Shown one piece after another: positions 16,649 through 26,379 of a DNA stretch of 34,871 nucleotides. The notes beneath the pieces were generated by a model. That model saw only the letters and a list, made by a program, of their open reading frames with translations, had not been told where the DNA came from and searched no databases. A program made the position numbers and the translations under genes. The stretch lies in the UHGV virus genome UHGV-0126185; one strand, written 5' to 3'. The first letter of the stretch is position 1; each line of letters opens with the position of its first letter. The DNA comes from a virus.

Positions 16649-17401
16649 ATGAAACTGAAACTTGATGCTAACGGAAATGTGGTCGTTGAAAACGGTATGC
16701 CTGTGTACATCCATGATGACGGCAAAGAAATCCCGTTCGATGCGGTCGCAGCGATGACCAAAATCACCTCTCTGAATGGCGAGGCGAAAACTCACCGTGA
16801 AGCGAAGGAAGCGGCGGAAGCCAATCTCGCGAAATTCTCTGGCATCACCGACCCGGCCAAGGCGCTCGAAGCTCTGGAAATGATGACCAAAATCGACCAG
16901 AAAAAACTGATCGATGCTGGTGCTGTTGACCAGGTAAAGGCGGAGATCACCAAAGTTTTCCAACAGCAGCTGGACGAAGCGAACGGCAAGACCCAGCAGC
17001 TGGAAACTCAACTCTACGACGAGATGATCGGCGGCCGCTTTGGTGGCTCTAAGTTCATTTCCGAGAAGATGGCGATCCCGACTGAGTTCGTTCGTTCCTA
17101 CTTCGGTCAGAACTTCAAAATCGAAGAAGGGAAGGTTGTGGCCTACGACGGCCAGGGCAATAAGGTGTTCTCACGCACCAAGCCCGGCGAGTTAGCCAGC
17201 TTTGATGAGGCCCTGGAGTCTCTGGTCGAGTCGCATCCGCAGAAAGATTACATCCTCAAAGCGTCCGGTAACAGCGGCGGCGGTTCTCACCAGTCGCAGC
17301 ACCAGGCCGGGCAAAAAACCATGAAACGCGCTGCTTTTGACGCCTTACCGCCAGTTGAACAACAAACGGTAATTGGCGGCGGCACGAGCATCGTTGATTA
17401 A
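16649..17401 (+). CDS. capsid scaffolding protein
   Basis: 250 aa, strongly helical and charged, directly upstream of the major capsid gene; aaggctggag RBS. Confidence 0.6.
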   Translation: MKLKLDANGNVVVENGMPVYIHDDGKEIPFDAVAAMTKITSLNGEAKTHREAKEAAEANLAKFSGITDPAKALEALEMMTKIDQKKLIDAGAVDQVKAEITKVFQQQLDEANGKTQQLETQLYDEMIGGRFGGSKFISEKMAIPTEFVRSYFGQNFKIEEGKVVAYDGQGNKVFSRTKPGELASFDEALESLVESHPQKDYILKASGNSGGGSHQSQHQAGQKTMKRAAFDALPPVEQQTVIGGGTSIVD

Positions 17402-17417
17402 TTGAAAGGAAACCTGA

Positions 17418-18554
17418 ATGTCCAATACCCTTACTGGCCTCATCCCAACCATCTTCACCGCGCTTAATCGCGTATCCCGCGAGCAGGTGGGCTTTATCCC
17501 CGCGGTGGCCCGTAACGCTAAGGCCGATGCCGCAGCAAAAGACCAGACCGTGACCGCGCCCGTTGCACCGAAAACCACCACCGTTGATATCACCCCGGCG
17601 GCAACCGCGCCAAACGACGGCGATCAGAACATCGGTACCGTGGACGTCAAGATCACCAAATCCAAAATGGCCCCAGTCAAATGGAATGGTGAAGAGCAGC
17701 TTGCTATCGGGCCATCAGGTACCTATGACATTGTCCTGGCTGACCAGTTCTCTCAGGCCTTCCGCGCGCTGAGCAACGAAATGGATGCTGACCTGGCAGC
17801 GCTGGCCTACAAATCTTCCCGCGCCGTCGGAACGCCTAAAGACACCCCGTTTAGCATCAAAGACGATCTGTCTGATGCAGCGAACGCTCGCCAAATTCTG
17901 ACCGATAACGGCGCCCCTACCACTGACCTTCGCATGGTGCTGGGCGGCGAAGCGATGGCGTCCATCCGTGGTAAGCAGTCCGTACTGTTCAAAGCAAACG
18001 AAGCCGGTACCGATCAGTTGCTGCGCGAAGGCATCATCGGCCGTGTGATGGGTTTTAACCTGCATGAATCCGCCAACATCAAGCGTACCGCGAAAAGCAC
18101 TGCGGCGGGCTATAAGGTAAACGGCGCGAAGAAAGAGGGCGACATCATTATTGCTATCTCTGCTGGCACTGGCGGTATTGCTGCCGGGACCGCAGTGAAG
18201 TTCGATGGCGATGACAACCAGTACATGGTCGTAGCGGCAACCTCTTCGACTATCACCATCGGCGCACCGGGCCTGCGTCAGGATCTGGCAGATCAGGCAA
18301 CTGTCACTGTGCTGAGCGAGTTCGTGCCAAACGTTGCCTTTGACCGTAACGCATTCCTGCTGGCTTGCCGTACCCCGGCCATGCCAAAAGGCGGCGATAC
18401 CGCTGACGACGTGATGAACGTAACCGATCCGGTCTCTGGTATTACCTTCCAGATCGCGCTGTACCGCCAGTACCGTCAGGTGCGTTACGAGGTTGGTGTG
18501 GCGTGGGGTGTGGCCTCCGTTCAGCCTGAACACTCTACCATCATCATGGGTTAA
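17418..18554 (+). CDS. major capsid protein
   Basis: 378 aa following the scaffold gene; strong RBS (aaaggaaacc); followed by a strong terminator, typical of highly expressed capsid genes. Confidence 0.8.
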   Translation: MSNTLTGLIPTIFTALNRVSREQVGFIPAVARNAKADAAAKDQTVTAPVAPKTTTVDITPAATAPNDGDQNIGTVDVKITKSKMAPVKWNGEEQLAIGPSGTYDIVLADQFSQAFRALSNEMDADLAALAYKSSRAVGTPKDTPFSIKDDLSDAANARQILTDNGAPTTDLRMVLGGEAMASIRGKQSVLFKANEAGTDQLLREGIIGRVMGFNLHESANIKRTAKSTAAGYKVNGAKKEGDIIIAISAGTGGIAAGTAVKFDGDDNQYMVVAATSSTITIGAPGLRQDLADQATVTVLSEFVPNVAFDRNAFLLACRTPAMPKGGDTADDVMNVTDPVSGITFQIALYRQYRQVRYEVGVAWGVASVQPEHSTIIMG

Positions 18555-18559
18555 CCCAG

Positions 18560-18582
18560 GGGGCTTCGGCCCCTTTGTTTTT
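18560..18582 (+). terminator. intrinsic terminator after the major capsid gene
   Basis: Hairpin ggggc-ttcg-gcccc (UUCG tetraloop) followed by TTTGTTTTT. Confidence 0.55.
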
Positions 18583-18593
18583 CAGGAGGCCCA

Positions 18594-18863
18594 ATGGCCG
18601 GATTGACCAAAGAGCAGCGCGCGCAGCGTGAGGCTGAAAAGCTTGCGGCGAAGAACGGCGCTGAACATGCTCCTGCCCAGCAGGAACAGCAGCAGGAACA
18701 GCAGCAGGAACAGCAGCAGGAACAGCAGCAGGAACAGCAGGGTATTGAGCTGGTGTTCATGGTACGTGACACCCCAGAATTCCCTGGCGGCCCGCTGCGC
18801 GCAGATGTTCATTCTGATGAAGTGGATAACTGGCTGGCGCTGGACTGGCGTCTGGAGGAATAA
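18594..18863 (+). CDS. hypothetical head-module protein with (QQEQ)n repeat
   Basis: 89 aa; ggaggcccaATG RBS; contains a poly-(EQQQ) tract encoded by a perfect 12-bp tandem repeat. Confidence 0.5.
   Translation: MAGLTKEQRAQREAEKLAAKNGAEHAPAQQEQQQEQQQEQQQEQQQEQQGIELVFMVRDTPEFPGGPLRADVHSDEVDNWLALDWRLEE
18681..18740. repeat. perfect tandem repeat, 12 bp x 5 (caggaacagcag)
   Basis: Read directly: five consecutive identical 12-bp units, in frame, encoding QEQQ repeats. Confidence 0.9.
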
Positions 18864-18865
18864 AC

Positions 18866-19348
18866 ATGCTGGTTGCCGATCCCAACTCTCCAGGCTTCAA
18901 CAGCTACGCAAGCGTGTCAGACCTGCGGGCATTTGCCGCCGGGCGCGGATATAGCATTCCTGCAGATGATGATGAGTGCGGCCAGATGCTGATGCAGGCA
19001 ATGGACTTTCTGGAAGGGAAGGCCTGGCGCGGTCAGCGTTCCAGCGCATCACAGCCTCTATCCTGGCCGCGTTCCGGCGTGCGCTTCGATGGTGTTGAGC
19101 TGCCGAATGATACTATTCCACAACGTCTGATTGATGCTCAATGTCGCCTGGCTATCGAATCGCAGGAGATTGACCTCACCCCGTCGGTCGCTGGCGGTGG
19201 GGCGGTGACGATGGAGCGCGTTGAGGGTGCGGTAACAATCCAGTATGAGCCGGGAACGAATAAAGCTTCTCCGTCATTCCCATGGTTCTATTCCGCACTG
19301 CGCGGGCTTGTAGTGGGCGGCAACCAGGTCCGGGTCGAAAGGGGGTAG
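18866..19348 (+). CDS. putative head-tail connector / head completion protein
   Basis: 160 aa, first gene after the capsid genes in the head-tail joining block; assignment is by synteny. Confidence 0.45.
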   Translation: MLVADPNSPGFNSYASVSDLRAFAAGRGYSIPADDDECGQMLMQAMDFLEGKAWRGQRSSASQPLSWPRSGVRFDGVELPNDTIPQRLIDAQCRLAIESQEIDLTPSVAGGGAVTMERVEGAVTIQYEPGTNKASPSFPWFYSALRGLVVGGNQVRVERG

Positions 19349-19349
19349 C

Positions 19350-19703
19350 ATGGCAATCGACTATCGCCGCATGCGTGCTACGGCAACGCGGCTGCTGACG
19401 GAGAACGGCAAAGCCTACCAACTGACTCGCGGAGGTACTACCACCCGCGATCAGTACGGGAAAGAAGTTGTTACCCCTGCTGTTACTGCCACTGTAACAG
19501 GCGTGATCACAGAGTATTCTGCTCGCGAAATCGACGGTTCTCTGATTGCTACTGGCGATAAGAAACTGGCAGCCACGTTTGAAACCGAAGTGCGCATTGG
19601 CGACCTTATCGATATCGAGGGAAAGAAGTGGCGCGTGGTACAGCCGAATCCGGTTAAGCCGGCAGACGTGCTGATCTCCTACAACATCCAGCTTAGGGCT
19701 TGA
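19350..19703 (+). CDS. putative head-tail joining protein
   Basis: 117 aa, tightly packed (1-nt gap) in the head-tail joining block; no specific motif recognised. Confidence 0.45.
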   Translation: MAIDYRRMRATATRLLTENGKAYQLTRGGTTTRDQYGKEVVTPAVTATVTGVITEYSAREIDGSLIATGDKKLAATFETEVRIGDLIDIEGKKWRVVQPNPVKPADVLISYNIQLRA

Positions 19704-20305
19704 TTATGACCAGTTCTGCAAATCAGCCGTTCCTGGCAGCCATTCAGTTGTTCGTAGATGGTTCTAAGCAGGAGATTGAGGAGGCGGTCCGCCGGACGGG
19801 TATCAAAATCCTCGGGCGGTTGGTGGACATGTCACCTGTCGGGCAGCCAGAAATCTGGCAGGTTAACCAGACGGCATCAGCCTATAACACCGCGGTGCGA
19901 GAGCATAACGCGGCGCTACGTGATGATCCGGCCAACCTTACAAAAGCAGGGCGGCTCAGGCGAGGCCTGCGTGTCAACGATTCGATGGACATCAAAAAGC
20001 CAGAGGGTTATGTCGGGGGGCGATTCAAAAATAACTGGTATGTGGGGCTCGACAGCCAGCCCACAGAGACGAACGATATCCCAGATGCTTCCGGGCAGGG
20101 TTCCAACTCCCGCGGGTTGGCGGTGCTCGAAGTGTTCCGGGTGGGGCAGGTGAACTCGATTTACTTTACCAATAACCTGCCATATGCCCAGGCGCTGGAG
20201 AATGGTCATTCGAATCAGGCGCCCGGCGGCATGGTCGGGCTGACCGCACTGGATGCTGCGCAATATTTCCGAGAGGCAATGAGCGAGGTATGCAATGGTC
20301 GGTGA
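19700..20305 (+). CDS. HK97 gp10-like neck / tail component protein
   Basis: 201 aa; ATGA overlap; position and features (NLPYAQALENG) resemble the HK97 gp10 family. Confidence 0.5.
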   Translation: MIMTSSANQPFLAAIQLFVDGSKQEIEEAVRRTGIKILGRLVDMSPVGQPEIWQVNQTASAYNTAVREHNAALRDDPANLTKAGRLRRGLRVNDSMDIKKPEGYVGGRFKNNWYVGLDSQPTETNDIPDASGQGSNSRGLAVLEVFRVGQVNSIYFTNNLPYAQALENGHSNQAPGGMVGLTALDAAQYFREAMSEVCNGR

Positions 20306-20741
20306 TCAGTCCATGCGAATAGCTGACCTGCTGGAGAGCCGGGTAGCCATAATCTCGGCCTCTCTCGGCTTGCCGATCGCCTGGCCGAATATCGTATTCG
20401 ATCCACCGGATGCGCCATTCGCCCGTGTTTATGTTTTACCTGCACAAACTGTAGGTCAGGACATCGAAGGTTTGATGCGTACCTATCAGGGGATATTGCA
20501 GGTAAACATCATTACTCCCGCAGGCTCAGGCGTGAGCCATGCGAGAGGGCTGGCCCAGTCGGTGGCAGATGCATTCCCTGAAGGACTGCCGCTGGTGGAC
20601 GGTGAACTGACGGTTTACATCAACGGGCCGCCGCAGGTGAGACAACCCATCCAGGACCGGCCAACCTCGGCGCCCAACGGGTCCAGTGGCTCCATAACCT
20701 ACACCATTCCCGTCAGCATGCAGTACCGCGCTGACTACTGA
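20295..20741 (+). CDS. tail terminator / tail completion protein
   Basis: 148 aa immediately upstream of the major tail protein gene; followed by an intrinsic terminator. Confidence 0.5.
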   Translation: MVGDQSMRIADLLESRVAIISASLGLPIAWPNIVFDPPDAPFARVYVLPAQTVGQDIEGLMRTYQGILQVNIITPAGSGVSHARGLAQSVADAFPEGLPLVDGELTVYINGPPQVRQPIQDRPTSAPNGSSGSITYTIPVSMQYRADY

Positions 20742-20765
20742 CCCGCCAGATGGCGGGTTTTTTAT
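20742..20765 (+). terminator. intrinsic terminator
   Basis: Hairpin cccgcc-agatg-ggcggg followed by TTTTTT. Confidence 0.6.
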
Positions 20766-20787
20766 TACCTAAATTCAGGAGAGTGCT

Positions 20788-21720
20788 ATGGCATTCGCAA
20801 TCCCTAACGGGTCGCGTGTTAACGTGGCCAAGGCGTATCTTGCGCCGATTGTCTTCACTGCGGCATCCAATGCGACGGAATGCGAACTGACCGTTGCCTC
20901 TGCGGCTGGCATCCTCGCGGGCGATGTTGTTCAGGTTAATTCAGGATGGCTGAAGCTTGACAACATGGTGGTGCGTGTCAAGTCAGTAACCGGTACGAAA
21001 ATCGTGCTGGAAGCATTTGATACCACCGATACCAAGAAATTCCCGGCGGGTACTGGGGCAGGTACGCTGCGTAAAATTGATTCGTGGATCACCATGCCTC
21101 AGGTGATGACGCTGTCCACCGAAGGCGGTGACCAGCAGACCATCAGTGTGCAGTTCCTGGAGGATGATAAGGCCCGTACCATCCCGACGTTCAAAAACGC
21201 CGTGGTTCAGGTCTACACCTTCGCACACGACCCGAATCTGGCGATTTACAAGCGCCTCATCGACCTGGACGACTCCAGCGACACCACGGCGGTCTGGTTC
21301 CACAACCCACGCGGCAAAGCGGATCGTTACTACTCTGCCAAAGTGTCGTTCCAGCGCGTGCCACGTACCGAAATCAACGCCGTCGAGAGTAACGAAGCGC
21401 GAATGAACTTCGAATCGGATATGCAGATTTACCCGATTGCCGATTCCTCCGCTACGCCGCTGGCGTTCCTGACCGACCTGCCAGCAACTAAGTCTGTTGC
21501 TGCTAATGCAGCTCTGGATCTGTCGGTGGTCATGCAGGGCGGTTCCGCGCCGTATACCTACGTATGGAAGAAAGACGGCACAGCCATTCCGGGCAAAACC
21601 GCATCCACGCTCAACATTCCGTCCGCTCAGTCTTCCGATGCTGGGGTGTATACCTGCGAAGTTACCGATGCCGCAGGCAAGACGCTCACTTCTGCCGGAT
21701 GCACCGTCAGCATTACTTGA
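20788..21720 (+). CDS. major tail protein with C-terminal Ig-like domain
   Basis: 310 aa; strong RBS aggagag; C-terminal ~90 aa show an Ig-like pattern (YTYVWKKDGTAIPGK...DAGVYTCEVTDAAGKTLTS), as in lambda gpV; precedes the G/GT chaperones and tape measure. Confidence 0.8.
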   Translation: MAFAIPNGSRVNVAKAYLAPIVFTAASNATECELTVASAAGILAGDVVQVNSGWLKLDNMVVRVKSVTGTKIVLEAFDTTDTKKFPAGTGAGTLRKIDSWITMPQVMTLSTEGGDQQTISVQFLEDDKARTIPTFKNAVVQVYTFAHDPNLAIYKRLIDLDDSSDTTAVWFHNPRGKADRYYSAKVSFQRVPRTEINAVESNEARMNFESDMQIYPIADSSATPLAFLTDLPATKSVAANAALDLSVVMQGGSAPYTYVWKKDGTAIPGKTASTLNIPSAQSSDAGVYTCEVTDAAGKTLTSAGCTVSIT

Positions 21721-21728
21721 TTAATCTG

Positions 21729-21745
21729 GCCCGGTAAGCCGGGCC
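21729..21745 (+). terminator. stem-loop (weak terminator or attenuator) after the major tail gene
   Basis: Perfect hairpin ggcccgg-taa-gccgggcc (7-bp stem) but no strong U-tract. Confidence 0.3.
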
Positions 21746-21761
21746 TTACCGAGATGAACAA

Positions 21762-22100
21762 ATGACCAAATTCTCCCTGCTCCCCAATCCGACATTTTCC
21801 GTTACTGCCAGCATCCCGCGCGCTGGGGCCGAAGATGGCAAGCTGACCTTCACTTTCCGCCATAAAACGCTGGACGAGCTGCGCTCCATGGACGAGAAGC
21901 TGCAAAAGGCTGCTGAAGGTAAAAAGGCTGCTATTGAGCCGCAGGCCAATTACCTCATGGAAATTGTCGAAGGCTGGGCGCTGCCGGATGAGTTCAACCG
22001 CGATAACGTGATCATCCTCCTGAAGAACTATCCGCGCGCTTTCGACAGCATCGGTCTGGCCTACACCAAAGAACTGATGGGTATCCGCGAAAAAAACTGA
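21762..22100 (+). CDS. tail assembly chaperone (gpG-like)
   Basis: 112 aa between the major tail protein and tape measure; ends at the slippery heptamer A AAA AAC (22091-22097) immediately before its stop. Confidence 0.75.
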   Translation: MTKFSLLPNPTFSVTASIPRAGAEDGKLTFTFRHKTLDELRSMDEKLQKAAEGKKAAIEPQANYLMEIVEGWALPDEFNRDNVIILLKNYPRAFDSIGLAYTKELMGIREKN

Positions 22101-22405
22101 GGCAGGTCGCCGCAGCGTTGTACACGCCGGGACCGACTCTCGCGGAACTGAGCGCTTTTGGTTTGACGCCTGAGGACGTGGAGGAAGAGGTGGGGATCCT
22201 GCCGTCGGTATGGAAAGCCTTCACTATCTTCTCCACGCTGGCGACTCAATGGCGCGTTGGCGCGGGTGGGGCGACCGGCCTTGATTACAACGTTCTCCCT
22301 TGGGTGTTTGAGTTACACGGGGTTGAGGATGCGGCGGCCTGCATGGCTGACCTTCAGATTATGGAAAGCGAGGCTCTCAAAGTAATGCACAAGGAGACGA
22401 AATAA
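22097..22405 (+). CDS. tail assembly chaperone gpT-like extension, expressed as a G-T fusion by -1 frameshift
   Basis: The ORF at 22118..22405 is in the -1 frame relative to G and stays open back to the slippery heptamer; it overlaps the tape measure start (TAATG). The lambda G/GT arrangement is conserved. Confidence 0.6.
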   Translation: MRQVAAALYTPGPTLAELSAFGLTPEDVEEEVGILPSVWKAFTIFSTLATQWRVGAGGATGLDYNVLPWVFELHGVEDAAACMADLQIMESEALKVMHKETK

Positions 22406-25400
22406 TGACAGACCAAATCGCCTCGATCACATTGCGTGCTGACGTATCCGATCTGAAAACAGCCAGCAATGAACTGGATAAACTCGGTGAAGCCGCGGCG
22501 GGTGCCGTCGGCAAAGCTGATGACCTCAACAGCGTATTCCGTGCTGGTGCTGAGTCTGCGAAGCAGGGCAGCGAAGGTATCAAAGAGCAGCAGATGGCGC
22601 TGAAAGGCCTGCTGGAGAATATCGACCCGGTAAACAAGGCGCTTAACCGGCTGGATGAACAGCAGGCCGCCCTGCGTAACTTCCAGACCAAAGGCTTCCT
22701 GGATACCGATGATTTTCAGCACTACAACAAAATCCTCGACGATACGCGGCTAAAGCTGACGGATACCGGCGAAGCTGCTGCCAGGGCACAAGCCGAACTG
22801 GCAGCGACTCAGGCCGCTGAGAAGCAGTCCGCTGCGCTGAAGAACCTGCTGGGCTCTATCGACCCGACGATCCGCGCATTCAACTCACTGGATGAGCAGC
22901 ACGCGCAGCTGGTGGCGCATTTCGAAGCTGGGCGCATCAACGGCGCGCAGTTCGAGCACTTCAATACAATCCTCAACCAGACGCGGGAGCGTCTGTCTGG
23001 CGTGGCTGACGTGCTGCCAGAGGCACTATCCCGACAGGAAGCAGCGGCGCGTCGTGCCGGTATATCGGTCGGCCAGTACAGCGCCGCGATGCGCACGCTA
23101 CCAGCACAGTTCACAGATATCGCCACACAGCTGGCTGGCGGTCAGTCGCCGTTCCTGATCCTGCTGCAACAGGGTGGGCAGATTAAAGACCAATTTGGTG
23201 GGGTTAAAGGGGCTCTATCGGGGGTGGGCGACTATTTACGCACTCTGTTAGGTTTCATTAATCCTATAACGATAGGTATTAGCGGCCTGGTTGTAGGCCT
23301 CGGGGCGATGGCTGTAGCTTGGTACAAAGGCAGCCAGGAAGCCAGTGAGTTTAATAAGCAGCTCATACTCACGGGTAATTATTCGGCCAGTTCGGCGAGT
23401 CAACTGTCAGACATGGCTCAAAAAATTGGAGGCTCCAGTGGTAAGGTTGCGGCTGCCGCTCGGACGCTCGCGGATGTGGTTGGGGTAGGGACGTTTAAAA
23501 CGGAGCAGCTCGAAACAGTTACCAGGGCGGCGCTGGCGATGCAGGAGGCCACTGGCCAGTCTGTTGACGCCACCATTAAGAACTTCCAAAAGCTGTATGC
23601 CAGCCCAACCAAGGCGGCGGAGGATCTTAATTCTACGCTCCATTTTCTTACCTCATCGCAATACGACTACATTTCGGCACTGGAGCGTCGGGGTGATAAA
23701 GAGGGAGCAGCAGAGGAGGCTGCAAAAGCTTATAGCCTAGCCGAGCAAAAGCGCAGCCAGCAAATCCTCGACAACATGGGATTAATTGAGAGAGCTGCTG
23801 GTAGCGTCAGCAAGGCCCTTAAGGGGATGTGGGATGAACTTCTGAATATTGGTCGCCCTGAAGCTCCGAACGACATGCTCCGCAAGATGCAGTCCGAACT
23901 TGCTGAGCGTGAGAAAGCCTTGCTTCCAGATAGACAGCGTCAGGGATATGGATATAGCTATGATGCGAGCAGTAACGATCAGGAATATGACGCACGTAGG
24001 AAAGCTCAGTTATCAGCGATAAGTGCTTTAAAGGCACAAATAGCGCCACTTCAGCAAGCTGCTCAGCTTCAGGAAGATATTAATGCTTCTATTCAGCAAG
24101 GAACCGAGGATGATAACAAGCGAACTAATGCCCTGATTTATCGAAACCGCATCCTTGAACAGTCAGCTACATGGCAGGAAAAACGCAGCAAGGCCCTGTC
24201 TGAACTTTGGAAAAATGTCGCGGCCTCGCCCGGCGACTGGAGCTCAGCACAGCGGCAGCAGGCTGTAGATGCCATTAATAAACAGTTTCATCCGGACAAA
24301 ACTCCCAAAACTCCAGCCGTTAAGGTTTCAACAGGTGATCGCTCAACCGACACCTACAATGCTGAGACTCTAGCTCTGCAAGCGCAGCTCAAAACGCTGC
24401 AGGATCATCGTGACATCAACGATGTAATCAGCCAGCAGCGTAAGCAGCAGTGGGAGTTAATCTCAAAAATCACCATCCTCGAGTCCACAGCTAACGATCC
24501 GAAAGGGCGTGCATTAACTTTCGATGAAAAATCGTTGCTGGCGAACAAAGAGAAGCTGCTGGCCCAGGCAGATATTAATGCCGGACTGGGTGATCAAATT
24601 GCCAAGCAGCAAAAATTGAACTCATTGGCTGACCAGGCAACTAAGTTCGCCCAGCAACAGTCTGCCAAGCAGGCGGAAATTGCGGCAGCAGCTAGAGGCT
24701 TGTCCACCAGAGAGGCTGAAAGGGAGGCGACGCGCCAGCGCCTGACTGAATCCTACGGCTTTAACCAAGACGCTCAGAAAAAGGTTCTCGCAGATCAAGA
24801 GGAGACCTACCGGAAAGAAGATGAACTTCGCAGCGACTGGCAGGCTGGCGCAAAGCGGGGCTGGGCCGATTATGCCGACTCAGCAACAAACACGTTTGAA
24901 GCAATGCGAAATGTGGCCGGTTCAACCTTCAGTGGTCTATCCGACATGTTGACAGATCTGGTTACTACCGGCACTGCAAGCTTCAAAGACTTCACCAAGT
25001 CCATGTTGAAGATGATCGCGCAGGTAACGAATCAGTTGCTTGTGGCTTACGCCGTTCAGGCTGCGATGGGGTGGATTAGCGGTAGTGCTGGTGGCAACAC
25101 GCCAGGCGGAGCATATGCCAGCGCTGCAAACTCTGGAGTTAGCCTGTTTGATTCCGGTGGTTACACAGGTGCGGGCGGTAAATATGAACCCGCAGGCATC
25201 GTGCATAAAGATGAGTTCGTTTTCACCAAAGAAGCCACTAGGCGGATCGGCGTAGATAACCTATATCGTCTAATGAACAACGGTAATTTAGGCCGTTACG
25301 CTTCTGGTGGGCTTGTTGGGGGAAATCAGGCTGGGGCGGCAGACTCTGGTGTGCCAATTATCAGCGTCAGTTTTGGTGACATAAACATTGGTTCAGGTGG

Positions 25401-25536
25401 ACAGGCCAATACAGGTGGCTCAGCAAATGCTGCAGCTATTGGCAGGCAACTCAACGATGCGATGATTGACACCATTAATACTCAAGTAAGAAAACCAGGC
25501 ACTCCGCTGTGGAATGCCGTTAGAGGGAAATACTAA
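22405..25536 (+). CDS. tail tape measure protein
   Basis: 1043 aa, highly helical with Ala/Gln-rich repeats and a Gly-rich central hydrophobic segment; canonical position after the G/GT chaperones. Confidence 0.9.
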   Translation: MTDQIASITLRADVSDLKTASNELDKLGEAAAGAVGKADDLNSVFRAGAESAKQGSEGIKEQQMALKGLLENIDPVNKALNRLDEQQAALRNFQTKGFLDTDDFQHYNKILDDTRLKLTDTGEAAARAQAELAATQAAEKQSAALKNLLGSIDPTIRAFNSLDEQHAQLVAHFEAGRINGAQFEHFNTILNQTRERLSGVADVLPEALSRQEAAARRAGISVGQYSAAMRTLPAQFTDIATQLAGGQSPFLILLQQGGQIKDQFGGVKGALSGVGDYLRTLLGFINPITIGISGLVVGLGAMAVAWYKGSQEASEFNKQLILTGNYSASSASQLSDMAQKIGGSSGKVAAAARTLADVVGVGTFKTEQLETVTRAALAMQEATGQSVDATIKNFQKLYASPTKAAEDLNSTLHFLTSSQYDYISALERRGDKEGAAEEAAKAYSLAEQKRSQQILDNMGLIERAAGSVSKALKGMWDELLNIGRPEAPNDMLRKMQSELAEREKALLPDRQRQGYGYSYDASSNDQEYDARRKAQLSAISALKAQIAPLQQAAQLQEDINASIQQGTEDDNKRTNALIYRNRILEQSATWQEKRSKALSELWKNVAASPGDWSSAQRQQAVDAINKQFHPDKTPKTPAVKVSTGDRSTDTYNAETLALQAQLKTLQDHRDINDVISQQRKQQWELISKITILESTANDPKGRALTFDEKSLLANKEKLLAQADINAGLGDQIAKQQKLNSLADQATKFAQQQSAKQAEIAAAARGLSTREAEREATRQRLTESYGFNQDAQKKVLADQEETYRKEDELRSDWQAGAKRGWADYADSATNTFEAMRNVAGSTFSGLSDMLTDLVTTGTASFKDFTKSMLKMIAQVTNQLLVAYAVQAAMGWISGSAGGNTPGGAYASAANSGVSLFDSGGYTGAGGKYEPAGIVHKDEFVFTKEATRRIGVDNLYRLMNNGNLGRYASGGLVGGNQAGAADSGVPIISVSFGDINIGSGGQANTGGSANAAAIGRQLNDAMIDTINTQVRKPGTPLWNAVRGKY

Positions 25537-25760
25537 TGAAAATTGCAGAAGTAAAGGTCTCTGATGTTGTTTGGTATGCCAACGAAAATGGAAAGGCGAT
25601 CAGTGCCTTCGTGACTTTCTATGGCCCAGACGATTGCACTCGCATTGCAAGTGTCCCTGTTAACTTGCCATATCAGCTAGACCTGACCCTTAAGCAAGTT
25701 GAAGAGCTTGCCATTGCCACTGCTAAGGGTACGCTAAAAGCGGTCGCTACTAGTTTCTGA
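25536..25760 (+). CDS. hypothetical small protein (cargo)
   Basis: 74 aa; start overlaps the tape measure stop (TAATG); lower GC than the backbone; no lambda counterpart between H and M. Confidence 0.45.
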   Translation: MKIAEVKVSDVVWYANENGKAISAFVTFYGPDDCTRIASVPVNLPYQLDLTLKQVEELAIATAKGTLKAVATSF

Positions 25761-25822
25761 TCGTTACATCCCTATCTCCCCTGGTTATCATGAGAAAAAA
25801 CATGATAATCATGGGGATGATA

Positions 25823-26233
25823 ATGAGAAAAATGTTTTGCTTAAGTTTGGCCTGTATTGCACTTACTGCGTGTAAACCTTCAGAGGAAAAAGCACTACAA
25901 CTCGGGCAACAAGAAATTGCAAATGGGTTGATGGATCCCGATAGCGCCAAATTTAAAATGGTTAGGTTCAATTTGGACAAAAACCAGCAGTCCGGGGATG
26001 TTGTGAGCGGTTTCGTATGTGGCAGGGTTGCTGGGAAGAATGGGCTTGGTGCGTATGTTGGCTACCATCCTTTCTATGTTCATATCAAGATGACTCCCAA
26101 AGGGGCGTTTTCTAAAGGCGTGAATTATGAGATCGGAGAAAAAGCGATATACCCCGATGGAAGAGATGAGTCATGGATAGATCTTGACGGAAACTCTTAT
26201 GTTAGCCGCTGCGGTGCCACACCATCCAAATGA
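25823..26233 (+). CDS. putative lipoprotein (cargo)
   Basis: ORF track starts at 25790; the ATG at 25823 has a gggga RBS and gives a signal peptide with lipobox LTAC (MRKMFCLSLACIALTAC); AT-rich. Confidence 0.55.
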   Translation: MRKMFCLSLACIALTACKPSEEKALQLGQQEIANGLMDPDSAKFKMVRFNLDKNQQSGDVVSGFVCGRVAGKNGLGAYVGYHPFYVHIKMTPKGAFSKGVNYEIGEKAIYPDGRDESWIDLDGNSYVSRCGATPSK

Positions 26234-26275
26234 GTTTATGTAGAGCCTTCTAACCACCACCACTCAACCGAAACC

Positions 26276-26302
26276 CAGCCTCGCTGACGCGGGGCTTTTT
26301 GT
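26276..26302 (+). terminator. putative intrinsic terminator after the lipoprotein gene
   Basis: Imperfect hairpin gcctcgc-tgac-gcggggc followed by TTTTTGTT. Confidence 0.4.
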
Positions 26303-26379
26303 TGCCAACGGGCTGGTGAATGCGGTTGAAATTTGAGCGCCACATTCAGAGGGCGCGAGATACTACAGCAATTTATGGT

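Noticed and set aside
17715-18533. 272-aa minus-strand ORF antisense to the major capsid gene
   Set aside because: Completely inside the major capsid gene on the opposite strand; typical GC-rich shadow ORF.
18582-18954. Overlapping ORFs (76 aa minus, 108 aa plus) across the 12-bp tandem repeat
   Set aside because: Both are artefacts of the repeat, which keeps any frame open (poly-LLF and poly-RNSS translations); only the QQEQ frame has an RBS and sensible flanking sequence.
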